Below are positions 26,601 through 40,497 of a DNA stretch of 64,000 nucleotides, in pieces. Both the position numbers and the translations under genes were made by a program. Source of the stretch: Sphagnum compactum (taxonomy: Eukaryota); contig OZ234494.1 of the NCBI GenBank assembly GCA_965153455.1, positions 558,001-622,000 of the forward strand, in the 5' to 3' direction. The notes below the pieces were generated by a model. That model ran no database searches and was not told the origin of the DNA. It saw only the letters and a program-made list of their open reading frames with translations. Each line of letters begins with the position of its first letter. The stretch's first letter is position 1.

Positions 26601-28035
26601 TTCATAGTAAAGATGTGGACATGTAATTAGATGATGATCATTGCAAGCAAAGATGATATGTCGTGTTGGATAGTGGTCTTGAATAAGTGTGTCAACATAT
26701 TCAAGCTCTACACGTAAGCAAGACACATCATACTATGATTTTTACCTCTTTTGCCAAAAGTCTTTTGTTCTTTTGTATTTTAGTCCTTGCATTATGTGAT
26801 CTTGTTCCTTTCACAACTCACATCAAAAATACATTGTTTTGTGAATAAAACAATGTTGATAATAAAATGTTGGCAACAATAAAGAGGTAATTTTCCAATT
26901 TTTCACATGTAATCTTTGATGATCATCCACCATAGGAATGAGCCAAATTTGGCTAGAGGTCAGACTAAATAGTATATTGTTTTTAAAAATCATGCTTAGT
27001 TCCAATGACCTAAAGAAACTTATTGTCTAATTAATCTAGCAACTTGTAATTGATTTTCTTTCAGAACATATCAATTTCTTAATTTTTTTCTTAACAAACC
27101 ATGCGTAAAATTCACACTAGATGTTTTCAATGTCATCATAATGTGAAAATTCACCAAAATCCTTCCATTGTGAAGATGTAAGCACATGTTACTCTTTTAG
27201 CTTGATTTGAAACTCTTTTTGGTTGTCAAGATAGGTTTCCAATATTTAAACCTACACCATGCACTATATTAGGACCTGTGTTTTTGACATGTAACAATCC
27301 ATATGATCGAAAATCCATAGTCAATCAAAACATCACAATGTTTTGGAAAAAATTACATGCATATACCAATTTGTTATGCAATTATCCTCTATAACACTTG
27401 CAGGCAATAAATAATATGCGCCTTTCTATTTTTTGCATTGGCTTTTGAAAAAAATTAAAATTACGTTATGTTTTATCATCACAAATTCAAAATGTGAATT
27501 GAAGTTACGATTGTCCCCCAAAATTCATCTAAATCAGTTAATAACAAAATTTCAAGAAAATCATTTGTTATATAAGTTTGGAACATTTATGAAAATTGTG
27601 TTTGAGTTTTGATTTACCACCACATTGCCTCTCATGATCGTTTAAAAACAAATGACTTGTTAAAACATGTTTAAACAAATTAAATGTGGGCTTAAAACTT
27701 ATGGGGTTATTGCATGTCAAACACAAGGATTGGGTCATCAAGCTTTGTTCGTCAAGCTTTGTTGTGTAATTATGGCTAGTAATTCAACAAACAAACATCT
27801 TTAACATCATATAATGCAATGGTGCCACTTGTTACAAATGCACAATTTATAAAATAAAATAAAATGCAACAACAATGTTGTTATTTGACCATTGTGAACA
27901 AGGTTGGCACATGACATTTTAAACACCATTTAATGATGATATTTTCAAAAAAATTAATTGGGTTTAGCCCATGATCCAAAATATTACTTGAATAACAACA
28001 TGGAAGTTGTCCCTAAAAGATACAATTCGTGGGAG

Positions 28036-28038
<3 letters not shown>

Positions 28039-28071
<33 letters not shown>
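28039..28071. repeat. (CA)n microsatellite
   Basis: Direct reading. Confidence 0.95.
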
Positions 28072-28073
<2 letters not shown>

Positions 28074-29038
28074 GGTTCTACCCACTTTGAGCAAAATCCT
28101 TATTTAACAAAAAGACTTCAAATATAAACCATCCCAAGTGAACAATCAAGATGTAAAAACAAACTATTAAAATATAAAGTGATTTCCAACTTCAATTTGC
28201 AACCACTTTAATTTTTGATCCAATGGTCAAGATCTAAAACGATTGAGTATATAATGCATAAGTCATATAACACATAGTATTTGGAACCATTCTCTAACAC
28301 CAACACATTCATATTTGCGGTTTCATGCCATGTTCATAAAAAAAGTCCAATGGGAAACATAAAATAAAGAACAATGCCGAATTGATTTTTAGTTGTGAAA
28401 AACCACCTTGAAATGCATATGTTGGATCATTTATGCACAAATGGTTGTTCAAAATGCTGAATATATTGAACTATGTTGCTCGTAGGGAGGGACTTTGGTT
28501 CAATAATTCCATTGTTATTGATTGCTAAACAACAATGGCTTTGCTAGATGTTTAGTGCAAGTTGTGTATCGTGTTCATTATGGTTTGTATTGTAGTTTAT
28601 GCAAAGGCCCTTGCAATTGAAAAGAGAATGTATGGGCAATTTTCAGAGTGCACCTACAAATGCTGAAAACCATGAGACTAAAGAATCGCACTCATAAACC
28701 AATAAGAGATGTGTTTTGTAGACTTCGTCATGTGGCTGTGAAAACAGTTTTGAGACACAAACAACACAACCAAATGAACAGTGGACATTGATCACTTCCA
28801 CACTTAAATCCCAAACTGCAGACAAATTGATCATCCTCTCTTCCACCCAAATTAAACCTGACACAGCCAGCTGTGAAAACAAACCAATTATTCTCATGAA
28901 TTGATTGACAAAGGAGAGTTGTATTACCTCCTACGTAGCCACACAAAGTCAGGCCATCTTAGAGAGCCTGCCAACTTGGAGTGCCTCTACTTTTAGACTG
29001 GAATATCTGGACCCCTTGGGTCACACAATATTCAAATT

Positions 29039-32000
29039 TTAACAAGTCGTAGGAGAAAGTGTAACTTCAGCACTGCATACGGGACAAACCTGTACAGAAA
29101 CAGACAGTAATACATCTCTATCAGATTGTGCAGAAACAGCCAGTAACACATCTCTCTGACATTGGTAGGAAACTACCCCCATAATAAAACTTTGAAGGGT
29201 CTCCCAGCATTGTGTTCATCCCACCAAACCAAAAAATGAACATGACAAGAATGAGTGCAATCATAACCTTGTGAGTGTTGGTAACAAAGTATCAGACCAT
29301 CAAATTATTACACAAAAATTTATGTCCTGCTGTCACATAATTGTCTGGCAGAAATGTGAAGATTCAGTCATGAGGTTGGCTAGCACTCAAGGGACTCAAC
29401 CGGCTGTGAGTATACTTTAAGGCAATCATATAAATTTTGGGTGAACAGTATGTCTTGCGAAATAAGAAATCTACCTACTCATGATTAAGAAAGCCAGAAC
29501 CAAGGCTCAAAACTTGCAAGAAAAAGTTCTTCTTTCCTGGTTCTTCTGTCTGTATCTGGAAATCAGAAAAACCATTCAAGGGGAGAACTTGAATGAAGAC
29601 CAATAAAACTAGCAGTTTGTTCACCCCATACTATGGTTGAGGTGTCTAGCAGCAATATGGAAATCAGAAAAATGTTGGTTAACACCCAGTAGCTATCTCA
29701 CAGATCAGCTCATATCATGAGGCAAGAAAGCAACCAAAGAGAATTTGTGGACAAAAACCCTCAAACCCTCAGGCCAGTGCTGGTGTAAGCTAAAACATAT
29801 GCTTGCCTCTATATAAACATGACTGATAATCTGTGACCTGTTGCATGAAGCATTTATGCAAGCATGGCCATTCAACAAGTAGGAGATAGAGGTCAGTTGA
29901 ATCTCAGACCTTATTTATTTGCAGCCACTGTTGGATGCATTCAGAGTGGTACTGATGCTTGCAAGGCAGGGTCAGCATTGAATCACCTGCTTCATATTCA
30001 TGTCGACAGACCACACACCTGGAGTCAAACAACACATTGCATTAGTACATCAGAACAAGCATCAACTTTTTACTGAGAGACACTGTCAATATCAGCCCTC
30101 TCCTGAACAAGAGGAGGGTCATGCATAGTGAACCAAAAACACACCAGAAGAGACTGCAACATCTCAAATACAATCGAGTCATTTGATGCAATTCATCACC
30201 ATGGCCCACACCCCTAGGCCATGTGGCAACTATCTCAGATGATTGAGCATGCCATTTCAACCTTCATGAAACATCCCCAATCAACCACCACTCCAACAAC
30301 AGTTGTACATGAATAACAAAGATAGTGAGAGCAAGAGAGTCAGGAAGATCTCACTGTTCTTGGTCATTTGAGCCATCTTGCTGAACAGGCACATATGAAG
30401 ATCCTGGTAGAGCAGAAATAGCTTGGACAGACAACCCTTTGCTCTCACTTCCAACTGCCTCTCCCAAAGCTATCAACTCCTGTATTTCAAACAGTAGGGG
30501 AGAAATCAGAACCAAAACATGGATTGCAGCACTAAGACCCTCAACACTGTTCAAAATCACAGATGTTCCCTGGATTCCCTACTAGCCCAAAAACATCAGT
30601 GGCTACTGAACATACAGAGGGGAGCAATGCAGTATGAATCTGCCCTGCTAGACCTGGTGGCCACATAAACTAGCAGTTGACATTCACTATTATAACAGTG
30701 TCAACAGAAACAGTGCATTGTCCAATTTTCCAACACAGCTGCCAGGAGTACAAAAATCCTGACCTCATAAGACATATTGTCAGGATCCACATCCTGCCAC
30801 ATGTTTTCCTGCTCAAAATCAAATTCAACAACAGCATGCTTAGTATGAAAACAAGAGCAATTCACATGATTCCATGCGCAGATATGGTATGCAAAATTGT
30901 AATCTATGTGAGCAAGACTTACTGACAAAATGTAACCTATATGACTGCATATACCAATTCAAAGGAAAGTTCAATGTTTGCAACTTCTCTAACAGCAAAT
31001 GGCTCACCTCAGAGTCATTGCTGTCACTCTCATCCTCCACTTCAACTGCCAAACATAACAGCAGATGCCTCAGTTGACCCACCTATTACATGAGTGTATT
31101 AGATTCCTTGTTTCTCACATAGTTTAGTCCAATCTCTGAAAAACAACCACACTGCAAAGAGCAACCTGCATAACAATTGCTTGCGATAAAATGTGGCACC
31201 TCACACCAGAAAAGGAAACAAGGACTCACGATCATGTATGCCAGCAAGTGCCATCAATCGTGCTGTGGTGTCACGATCCTCTTTCTCCTGCAGTGCCCGT
31301 GCAAATGCCTCGTCACTGTCGAACAGAGATCCATCGATGTCTCCTTCTGTACTGACACCTCTTTCCAGTATCTCCCCTTCCTCCTCATTTTCCTCTTCCT
31401 CTTCCTCTTCTTCCTCTTCTTCCTCTTCTGCAGCCTCTCCTTCTTCCTCATCCTCGTCCTCATCCTTGTCAGCTGGAGCCTCAAGGTCATCACCACCAAA
31501 GTCATACTGTCCTGATCCCCTACCAGTTCTGTTGAACTCATTACCCTCACTCATGATGCGTAGTAGAAGGTACGCTCTCTCCTGCAAAAGAAAAAGAGTA
31601 GAGCAAAGCTGAGTGGCCATAGGAAACTGCTCTGATTCCAGAATCCCATCCATTGATGCACCAATTGCTTGCTTGTCACACACAGGACAAAGATCCTAAA
31701 TCCTGAGCTGAACTCCCTCTTCTGGAAAACACCTATAGCAAGTGGGCATGTGAGACACCTTGGGAACTTCTCCAAGAGAATAAGCATGGATGCAAGTGAG
31801 TCCCTAATGAAAACACTCAAATTCCCCATCACAAAACCATATAATGTCACATTTTTTCTCAATGAACACAGCTCACCAAACACACAAGCCCACATATCAG
31901 AGAAATCTGTATGACAACAATTTGAAGGTAACATGTCAATGAGTGCAGTCAGAGGGCTATGAGAGTTGCTCACAAAGTGTCAGACCATCACACTCATTAT

Positions 32001-32484
32001 GAACAGCAGTGACCAACTGCCATGACTACCCATTGACTTCATCAGGCCCCAACAATGGGTGTTAGATAGACATATACAAACACACAAACCCAAATGCTGG
32101 TCACAGTTTTATATACAGACATCCATCTCCAAAAGTATTGAGAGCTCCTCCAAAAACACATTGACAACGAAGAGTAGAGAGAGTTTTAACTGACAAACAG
32201 AGAAATACCTGATCCTGCAGGGCTCGAGCTAAAGCCATGTCTGCATCAACCTGAGTCAGGCTTGTGAAGGGTGTTCTTTTAGCAGGAGCAATGCTTGTTT
32301 CTGTTGCAGGAACTTCTTCATCACTACTCTCCCTGGTACTCACCCCTCCTATGCTACTCTCTGTACTCTGTGTGGTCCTAACCATCTCAGCCCTCTTCAC
32401 ACTTTGCGAACTCTCTGGCTGATTCTCCTCCTTGCCCACATCTACATCTGTGGCTGGGGCTGAAGTTGCTGCCTTACTGTCCAT
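29039..32484 (-). CDS. BBR: E3 ubiquitin ligase BIG BROTHER-related (RING-H2), 7 coding exons
   Basis: Exons 32484-32209, 31581-31230, 31045-31008, 30808-30764, 30479-30355, 30018-29910 and 29089-29039. Motifs RTPFTSLTQVDADMALARALQDQERAY, DSDEAFARALQ, VDPDNMSYEELIALGEAVGSESKGL, and RING CVVC...[25 protein letters not shown]. Confidence 0.95.
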
Positions 32485-34713
32485 TAAGACACCTCCTTTG
32501 CTTCCCTTTCTCCCCTATAACCTGACTTCCCCTGTCAGAGAAAACACTGTAGGTTTAGTGGCAACATTTCTTCAATGCCTGAACCCAATATTATATAGCT
32601 ATCTGCCCATTTCGCAATATCACAATTCTAGACATGCACTCTTGGGCAAGACATCAGGCAACACCCTACTGGAGCTTAAGAAACAGCAACTGCGTGGTAG
32701 GGTATTGGCCTCCAACCAGTAACTATCTCTTTTTAGCTGAAGAGAAAAATGAGAAAACTCCACCACAATTCGAAACTCGTCCTACAGATGATGATGCATA
32801 CCCATCTATGGGGCAGAGAACAGGCCATCCATCATCTACTGAATAAGAGTCTCAGATCTCTTCCTTGACAACAAACAACTATTCTCAGAACTCGAAACCA
32901 AATATCTTTTTTTGTTTCCAGTCGAAGTTGTACAACGGTCAGAGAAGCGAAGTCCTGGTCCTCTGTTTCCTACTGCAGGTTCCATGCTACACAGGTTCCA
33001 ACAAGAGAGAGAGAGAGACACACACACACATGCACACATACAGAAACCCTGACAAAGAGACGGAGACAAGAAGCAGGCGCTCAATGAAAACACTATTACT
33101 GGCAGACTGATTCCCTCAGCTTCTTCTTCGGCCAAAAGACTTTTTTTTCCTTCTTCGAAAGCCCTGACAACAGGAAGCAAAGAAGAGAGAGAGACAGAGA
33201 GAGAACCGAACCTCCCACAATGGCAAAACAAAACACAACAATAGAAAAAAGAAAACAGATTCAAGGTTAAACAACAACCAAAAAAAAAACAAAGGGAAAG
33301 AGGACAAACGAAACATACCTCCTCCTGGCAAGTCTCAAAGTCCCCTGGTTTACCACCGACCAAAGGAACCAGGCAACAGCAATGAGTGACTTCCTTTCTG
33401 GTCTTTGTTTTCTGGAGACCGACTTTCTTCCTTGTCCTTCTCTTCCTCCTCACTACTATCCACACAAACAAATACGAAGAACCTGTTTTGAGCAGCAAAC
33501 CGAAGACTCTCCTTCTTTGTTCCTCTTCCGAAAAAAGCGATCTCGATTCCCCTCCACCGAGAGAGAGAGAGAGAGAATCCGCGTTTGTCTTAAGGCTTTT
33601 TCTTGAAAGAAACCTGGATTTCCCGACTCAAATTGCGATGCTCACTGCGTTCAGCACCATTAAAGGACTCCGATCCTTTCGCAAACAGCAGCAAGCGTGC
33701 ACGCTTGTGGTTCGATTCTTCTTCCGCGCGCTTACTCTTCCGCTCGCGCGCTCGCCCGCCCGCGTGCTTCTCACTCGCACCGCCGGCAACAAAGGAAGAA
33801 AAAGAATCTTTTTCTTCCTTCGTTCCTCTTTAGGGCTATTTGTAGTATCCACATTAATATACGAACCGTATCCACATTAATATACGATAAAATATACGAT
33901 TATGTGTACATGAATTCGAGAAAATACGAATTAGTACATACTCTTTTGTCTTTTCTTTCTGCCTCAAGGAATCCCGAAAAAGGAAAATTTTGTTTAGCAA
34001 ACACTGCCTTTTTTTTGTGGCTAAATTTAGTGATTTGGTTAAAAGGAATTTCAGAATGGCTAGAAAATATGTTTTAGCAAAAATTAAATTAGTTAATTTT
34101 TTTGGGTTTTTCTAGTTGCCACATTTCTCTTATGGGTTCTAGCATGTAGCCAAAAATGTGAAGCAAATCTTGATTTTTAAAAAAAATTCATATCCTGTTA
34201 ATAGCCAAATCTGGCTAAACGTTATAAATCACAAATATGGGGGAAAAAAAAAAAAACCATGAGCAAACTGCACCCAAAATTTGTTTGGTAGTTGAACTCC
34301 GTTTTATTTTTTTTATTATTACCAAATAAAACGGATATACACAGTCTTACATACCTTGTACTTATACATTTGCATCGTACCTAGGGGAATACGGAACTGT
34401 ATACAGCGTATATGCACATGAAACGACAACATATGAATTAATGCATACATACATACACATCAACATATACTTTTTAAAAACGTACATACAGGTACCTTTG
34501 TGTATTACGTAGAAATTGTACAGAAATACGTGTATTTGTACATAATAGTATTACTATATGTAATTTATGTATGTACGTATGTATGTATGTGAGTTTGCAT
34601 CGAATCCAGGCCATTGACCCAAATCGGATGCAGTTTCTGTACATACATACATACATACATACGTACAGTATCCAATATACGTATGTGCTGTAATATTGTA
34701 ATACTATTATACT

Positions 34714-37600
34714 GCGGAGGTTGGGTACCAGTGAATTGGCCGGTTATCAATCTTTTATAACCGCTGGGTAGGTTTTTTTTTTTTTTTTGGCAATTTTTTT
34801 TGGGTGCCAGTTACGTTATCAATATCATTATCTTACAAAATTGGTTGTTATTTAGGTTATCAATATTGGAAGGGTAATAACTGCCAATTATGCATAAAGG
34901 TCGGTTATCAAATAATTGATTCATAACCACCAATTATTAGCCAGTTATAGCGGTTTTAATAAAAAATAAAATATATATTTTTAATTGTATGGGCACAAAT
35001 TTTTACAATAAATTAAAACAAGGGTTATTGTAAGTACATACAAAGGTTTCACTAACCAAATAACATTAAAACTTAATTATCTAATTATTTTAAATATATG
35101 TTAATTTTTATTTATATATATTTTTTCAAAAATCAGTTGTTTGCAATGTCAAAAGTTCTAAAATTTTGTTCAACATTATTATTAATTGCCTACCCTAAAG
35201 CTTGGTGGATGTGGTGTGCTTAACTAATGCAAAAATACTTGGCAATTTTTTCCCCTCTAAATCATAGGAATTGTAAGAAATTTTTAGTTTTATTGTAAAA
35301 TTGAAAAAATGAAAAAAAAAAAATCATCACCCACCAAATGTTATTTGTTAAACAATTATTTAATTTATTTATTTTTCCTTATATGTTTGCTTTGTTATTT
35401 TATTTTTGGGGTTGATTTCTTCAACTTCTAATACACCATCACCCCATCTTCTTATAAACAATTTTCATCGATACCTAACTATTTATTTCAAATTTTTAAA
35501 TAGATTTTTCCATGTATATGCAGTACCCATGTAAAAAGACTCATTTAAATAGAATTTGTCCATTCTTTTTCCACGTGAAAAACAAGTACCTTTTCAATTG
35601 ACATGTTTTTACAATACATAATATGTGAAAATTACATGCAAATGAATCAATTCATTTTGTGATTTCATATTACCCATTTACTAGAATATTATAAAAGGAG
35701 TTGAAATGTGATTTCATTCAAATCACACATAATTTCTACTTTCTTTGTTTTGTACAAGTTTGGGGGCTAAATTATGACCAAAAAAATTCCATTTTGGAAT
35801 TGGTGTTTTTATATGTAGATAAATTAGCCAAAATGTTATAATAATAAAAACATGGGTGTTAAAAAGTCGTTTGAAAAACAAACTAAGCAAAATGGAAAGT
35901 GTTGTTACAATCCAACTACGTTTCATGCAATGATAATTATTACACGATCGTATTCAGAGGTCAAATTGCAACATAGGAATTCATTTCATCTAAATACATT
36001 GTCAATGTGTTCATCTTTCATGATAAAATTAATATTTCATTGCCATTGCATGATTGATACATGCATATGGTTGCAAAACATCAATTCACTTACAAATTCA
36101 TTCATCACATTGGATGGCCATGCATGCTCATTGTTTAACAATTTGTTTTAGAATAAACATCAATGATCATTGTCAACTTGTGTAAGGACAAATTGTGATT
36201 GTAAAAAGTGGTAATGGATTGGGGATTGCAAAAAATGATAGGGGATTTTAGGTCTTTAGATTTGTGAATACTCATATTTTCAATGAAACTTGGTTAATGG
36301 ACTTTTTTATATTCACATTTCATTTGTTTTGTATTGTAATCATTATTTGTTATTTTGGTGCAATGGTTTTCACCACATGTGCATTTGAAAATGATGAAAT
36401 CAATATAGTTAAAAAAAAATTTAATAATTCATTACTTTCATCATTCATGTGTGAAAAAGAAGAAGTTAAGTTCAAAAAATGGTTTCATTTTTCCATACAA
36501 GGATTCACCAATTGAAATCTCAAAAAGTTTAAGAAAAATGGTGGTTAAAATTCTTACATTTGGATTAGACGATGAAAAGCTAAAAAACACATCCAAGGTT
36601 TGAAAAAAAAATCATTAAAAAATTATGTTAAGGAATCGTCACCAATGATACTCATAAACATGCATGTTATTTGTAAACATAAAGCAACAAGATTTTTTAA
36701 TGTTTTTGAATAACATGATTTTTATAACATTAATCCAAAAATAGAAAATTTTAACACATTATCCAAAAATTTGAACCTTGCACCTTTAGAATACCATGGA
36801 GCAATCTTTTTCATTGGGTTACCATAATAAATTCAAAATATAATGGAGACCTTTCATGCTTATTCTTGATTGTCAAAAATTTGGAATTCAAAAGTTTTTG
36901 AAAAATCTAAATATTTTCACAAAATTTGATGAATATCAATCATAGGTATGGCATGTTTGTATTCCGAGTTCAATGTTAATGTGAATTAGCATACTTTGAA
37001 TTTTATGTTGGTTGACATCATCATTTGATTTGGAATATAAACATAAATTTAAAGCTTTTTATTTTCACATCACAACAATTATGTTAGTTCATAAAATAAG
37101 TTCCTTGTCAGTCTTTTCTCCATGATTATGAGCCCTTTATGTTCACCATCAATGATAAGTTTCACATAACAACTTTTTCAAAATTATTTTACAAATCGTT
37201 GATGAAAATGATAATTACTTGTCATTTTTACTTACAATTGTAATGATAAATTTACTTTAGTGTAGATAAACTTGAAAATGTGATAATACAAAAAACATGG
37301 TTTAAGGAATGAAATCATGAGCCAAAAAAACTTCAAATTGCAATAGTAAAGGATAGTTCAAATGCCATCAAACAAATTTTAATCAAAATGGAAAATATTT
37401 GTAAATCCTTATTTTTCAATTGTTCCCAATGAACTTCATGTTGAACAATGATTTGTTGTGTATTAATAATGAAAGTGAATTAAATATTACAAATTCACTT
37501 TTTGCAAACAAAGACCTTTTGAAAATTTGAAAGGTTGCCCCTTTCTTTCTTTCTCATGTGGGCATATATGTCAGGATGAAGGTTGGAATAATACCTTCCA
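34714..37600 (-). mobile_element. Highly decayed hAT-like DNA transposon relic
   Basis: taaccg/cggtta subterminal-type repeats at 34735-34960. Minus-strand fragments FDGI*T (~37370) and GEHKGLII (~37145) resemble the hAT DxWT and HTG motifs, in the right order. Confidence 0.3.
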
Positions 37601-37928
37601 AAAGGTTCCATTAACTTCAAAAAACAAAATTTGGAATAAGAGATAGTATCAAGTTTACAACCATATTATTATATAATTAATTTTCCCCTCTATTTTTCAA
37701 GAAATAATGAAGATGAAAACATCAAGGGGTTGAAGAAGGTTGGGTGAGGAATCATGTTGACAATATTTGTTTCAACTTTTAATCTTTTATAAGTATTGGG
37801 AAACATTTTGAACAACTCAAACCCATTTTTTTAATAGTGAAATTGAAATGTGTCAAATGACACCAAGCTCATTAAATTCAAACATATTTTAATTATTGAG
37901 GTTTCATTTTAAAATTTCAAGAATGAAG

Positions 37929-37974
<46 letters not shown>

Positions 37975-38089
37975 ATTCTCAAAATGAAGATGCAACCCCA
38001 AAATAGGACCTTCCTTTTGAACTCATTTTCATCTAAGTCAAATAAAAGATTTTTGTGTGTTTATTCATAATAACACAAGCCTCATAGCA

Positions 38090-39390
38090 CAATAATGCAA
38101 TTTGAAAGCCTTGTAAGTCTATGTCCTTTGTTTCGCATATAACACAAAACTAATGTAATTTGAAAGTCTTGAAAGTCTCTAATTTTTTCCTCATAAGTGC
38201 TAGATACCATCATAACACAAGAATGCAACTCAAAGGTCTTGAAAATCTCTCCTTTTCAACATATATAATCACAAAACTCTTAACACAAAAGAAATGCAAA
38301 TTTGAAGGTTTTTGAAAGCCCTCTCTGTGAGCTTCATATAATCACAAAACTCACATCCAACCCAAAAAAGAAACAATTTGAGGATCTTTGGAAACCTCCC
38401 CTTTTTTAATGCAAATATACCCCTCAAATAACATAGCACCAAAAAAATTCCAAAATTTTCGAGGTTTTCAAAAGCCTCTCCTTAAACTACATGCAACAAC
38501 AAAACTTTTCATGATTAACAAAAAGAAATGTAAGTTGAAGATCTTTGAAAACCTCTCCTTAAGCCTTCATGTAATGACAAAATTTTCCATAACCAACAAA
38601 AAGAAATGTAATTTCAAGTCTTTCAAAGTCTTTTCATTTTTGATTCATGAATGATCATCACAAACATTCGGATTCATTTAGTATATAAGAATGTGATTTG
38701 GAGGTCTTGGAGGGGGTTCCTTTTTAACACACATAAGATACTCACCCAAGAATAACATAGAACAAAGGAAATGCCAATTTTGAAGGTCTTTCAAAACCTC
38801 TCAAGCCTTCATCTAACAATAGAACTTCCCATAACCAACAAAAAGAAATGCAATTTGAAGATCTTCCAAGTCTTTGCTTTTGGACTCATGAATGATCATC
38901 ACAAACATTCGGATTCATTTAGTATAAGAATGTGATTTGGAGGTCTTTGAAAGGCTCTACTTTTTAACACACATATGTCCTCACCCACAAATAACATAGC
39001 ACAAAAGAAATGCCTATTTTGAAGGTCTTTGAAAACCTCTTTCGTTAAGCTTCATGTAAGTAACAAGACTTTCCAATAACCAACAAAAAACAAAAGCAAT
39101 TTGAAGATCTTCAAAGTCTTTCCTTTTGGACTCATGAATGATCGTCACAAAACATTCGGATTCATTTAGTATAAGAATGTGATTTGGAGGTCTTTGAAAA
39201 AGGCTTTCCTTTTTAACACACATATATACTCACTCGCAAATAGCATAGCACAAAGGAAATGCCAAATTTGAAAGTTTGAAGGTCTTTGAGAACCTCTCCT
39301 TAAGCTTTCATGCAACAACAAAACTTTCCATAACCAACAAAAAGAAATGCAAAATGTGTTGAAAGGTGTTGAAAATCTCTCTCTTCTTTT
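38090..39390. repeat. ~243-bp tandem repeat (3 full copies plus degenerate subunits)
   Basis: tcatgaatgatc(a/g)tcaca(a)aacattcggattcatttagtat at ~38645, ~38887 and ~39132. Recurring ttgaaggtctttgaaa subrepeat. Confidence 0.8.
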
Positions 39391-40497
39391 GTTTTTTTGA
39401 CTAATGGGTAAACCAACAAGACAAAGATTCACATAGCACACAAATTTCCTTGAAAAGGATTTCATGAGAAACACTTGACACAAAGTACTTTACAAAACAA
39501 AACAAAAAAACACTTTGAAAGTTTTCTTTTGAAGAAGAAAGGAAGACAACTAGTGCAAGATTTGCTTGTTGTGGTTGTTGCACTTTTTTCACAAGTGTGA
39601 TTTTCGAAAAGAAGAAGGAAAAAAAATGAAAATCCTCATATTCAGGATGTGTTTGTTGTTCTTATACCTGGGCGGAAGTTTGCCTTGTAGTTAAGAAAGG
39701 AAAAAAAAGAAGAAGAAAGAATGCTGGAATTGTTGTTATTGTACCTTGTGGGAAGTCTACACCTTCTGGAAACAAAGATGGAGGATGCAGGATTTGTTGT
39801 TGTTGTAGTACCTTTGTCACAAGTCTGCCTTTCAGGAAGACGAAGAAAGAAGAAGAGCAAGAAGAAGAATGCATGATCATGTGTTTGTTGTCAGAAGTCT
39901 GTCTTCCAGACAGAAAGACAGAAAGAAAGAAGAAGAATGCAGGAAATTTTATTGTTGTTTGTTGTTTGTTGAAGCTTGTCAGTAGTCTGCCGTTCCTTCG
40001 AAAGGAATGGTAACGCTCGTTTGTTTGTTTGTTTGTTTGTTTCCTCGTTCCGTCTCCAGGTTCTTGCAGGAAGCTGTCGTGGTGACGCATGTCCACAGGC
40101 AGCGACGATAAGCGCAACAAGAACGACAACGACACATCCGCTTTCTTACTTAACTACCACGTGTTGCCGACTCGAGAGAGCATGCATGGCATCCATGACG
40201 TGTGCGACGATCACTGGGAAAGACTCCTCCGTCTCTCTCTCTCTCTTTCTCTCTCTCTACTGCTGTCTTTGTGGTCGTGCTTCTTGAACACTGCCTAAGA
40301 AACTGTTGTCTGTTTGCATCGTCTTTTTTTGTCCAGTTTGATGATGCATCACGCTGGTTAGCATCCGACAATTTTCCGTTTATCGAGATTCTTCTTTCGA
40401 TAGAGGTCGAGGATTGTCTTCATCGCTGTGTGTGTGTGTAAAGCTTTTGCCTCGGCGTGCGGGGTTTCTTTCTCAAAGCAAGCAAAGAAAAAAGAAT

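Noticed and set aside
26540-27500. Possible hAT (DUF4371/TTF finger) remnants such as TIQHDI
   Set aside because: Similarity is too short and fragmentary to support without a search.
32836-33880. Long overlapping ORFs upstream of BBR
   Set aside because: Microsatellite-rich 5' UTR/promoter sequence with low-complexity translations.
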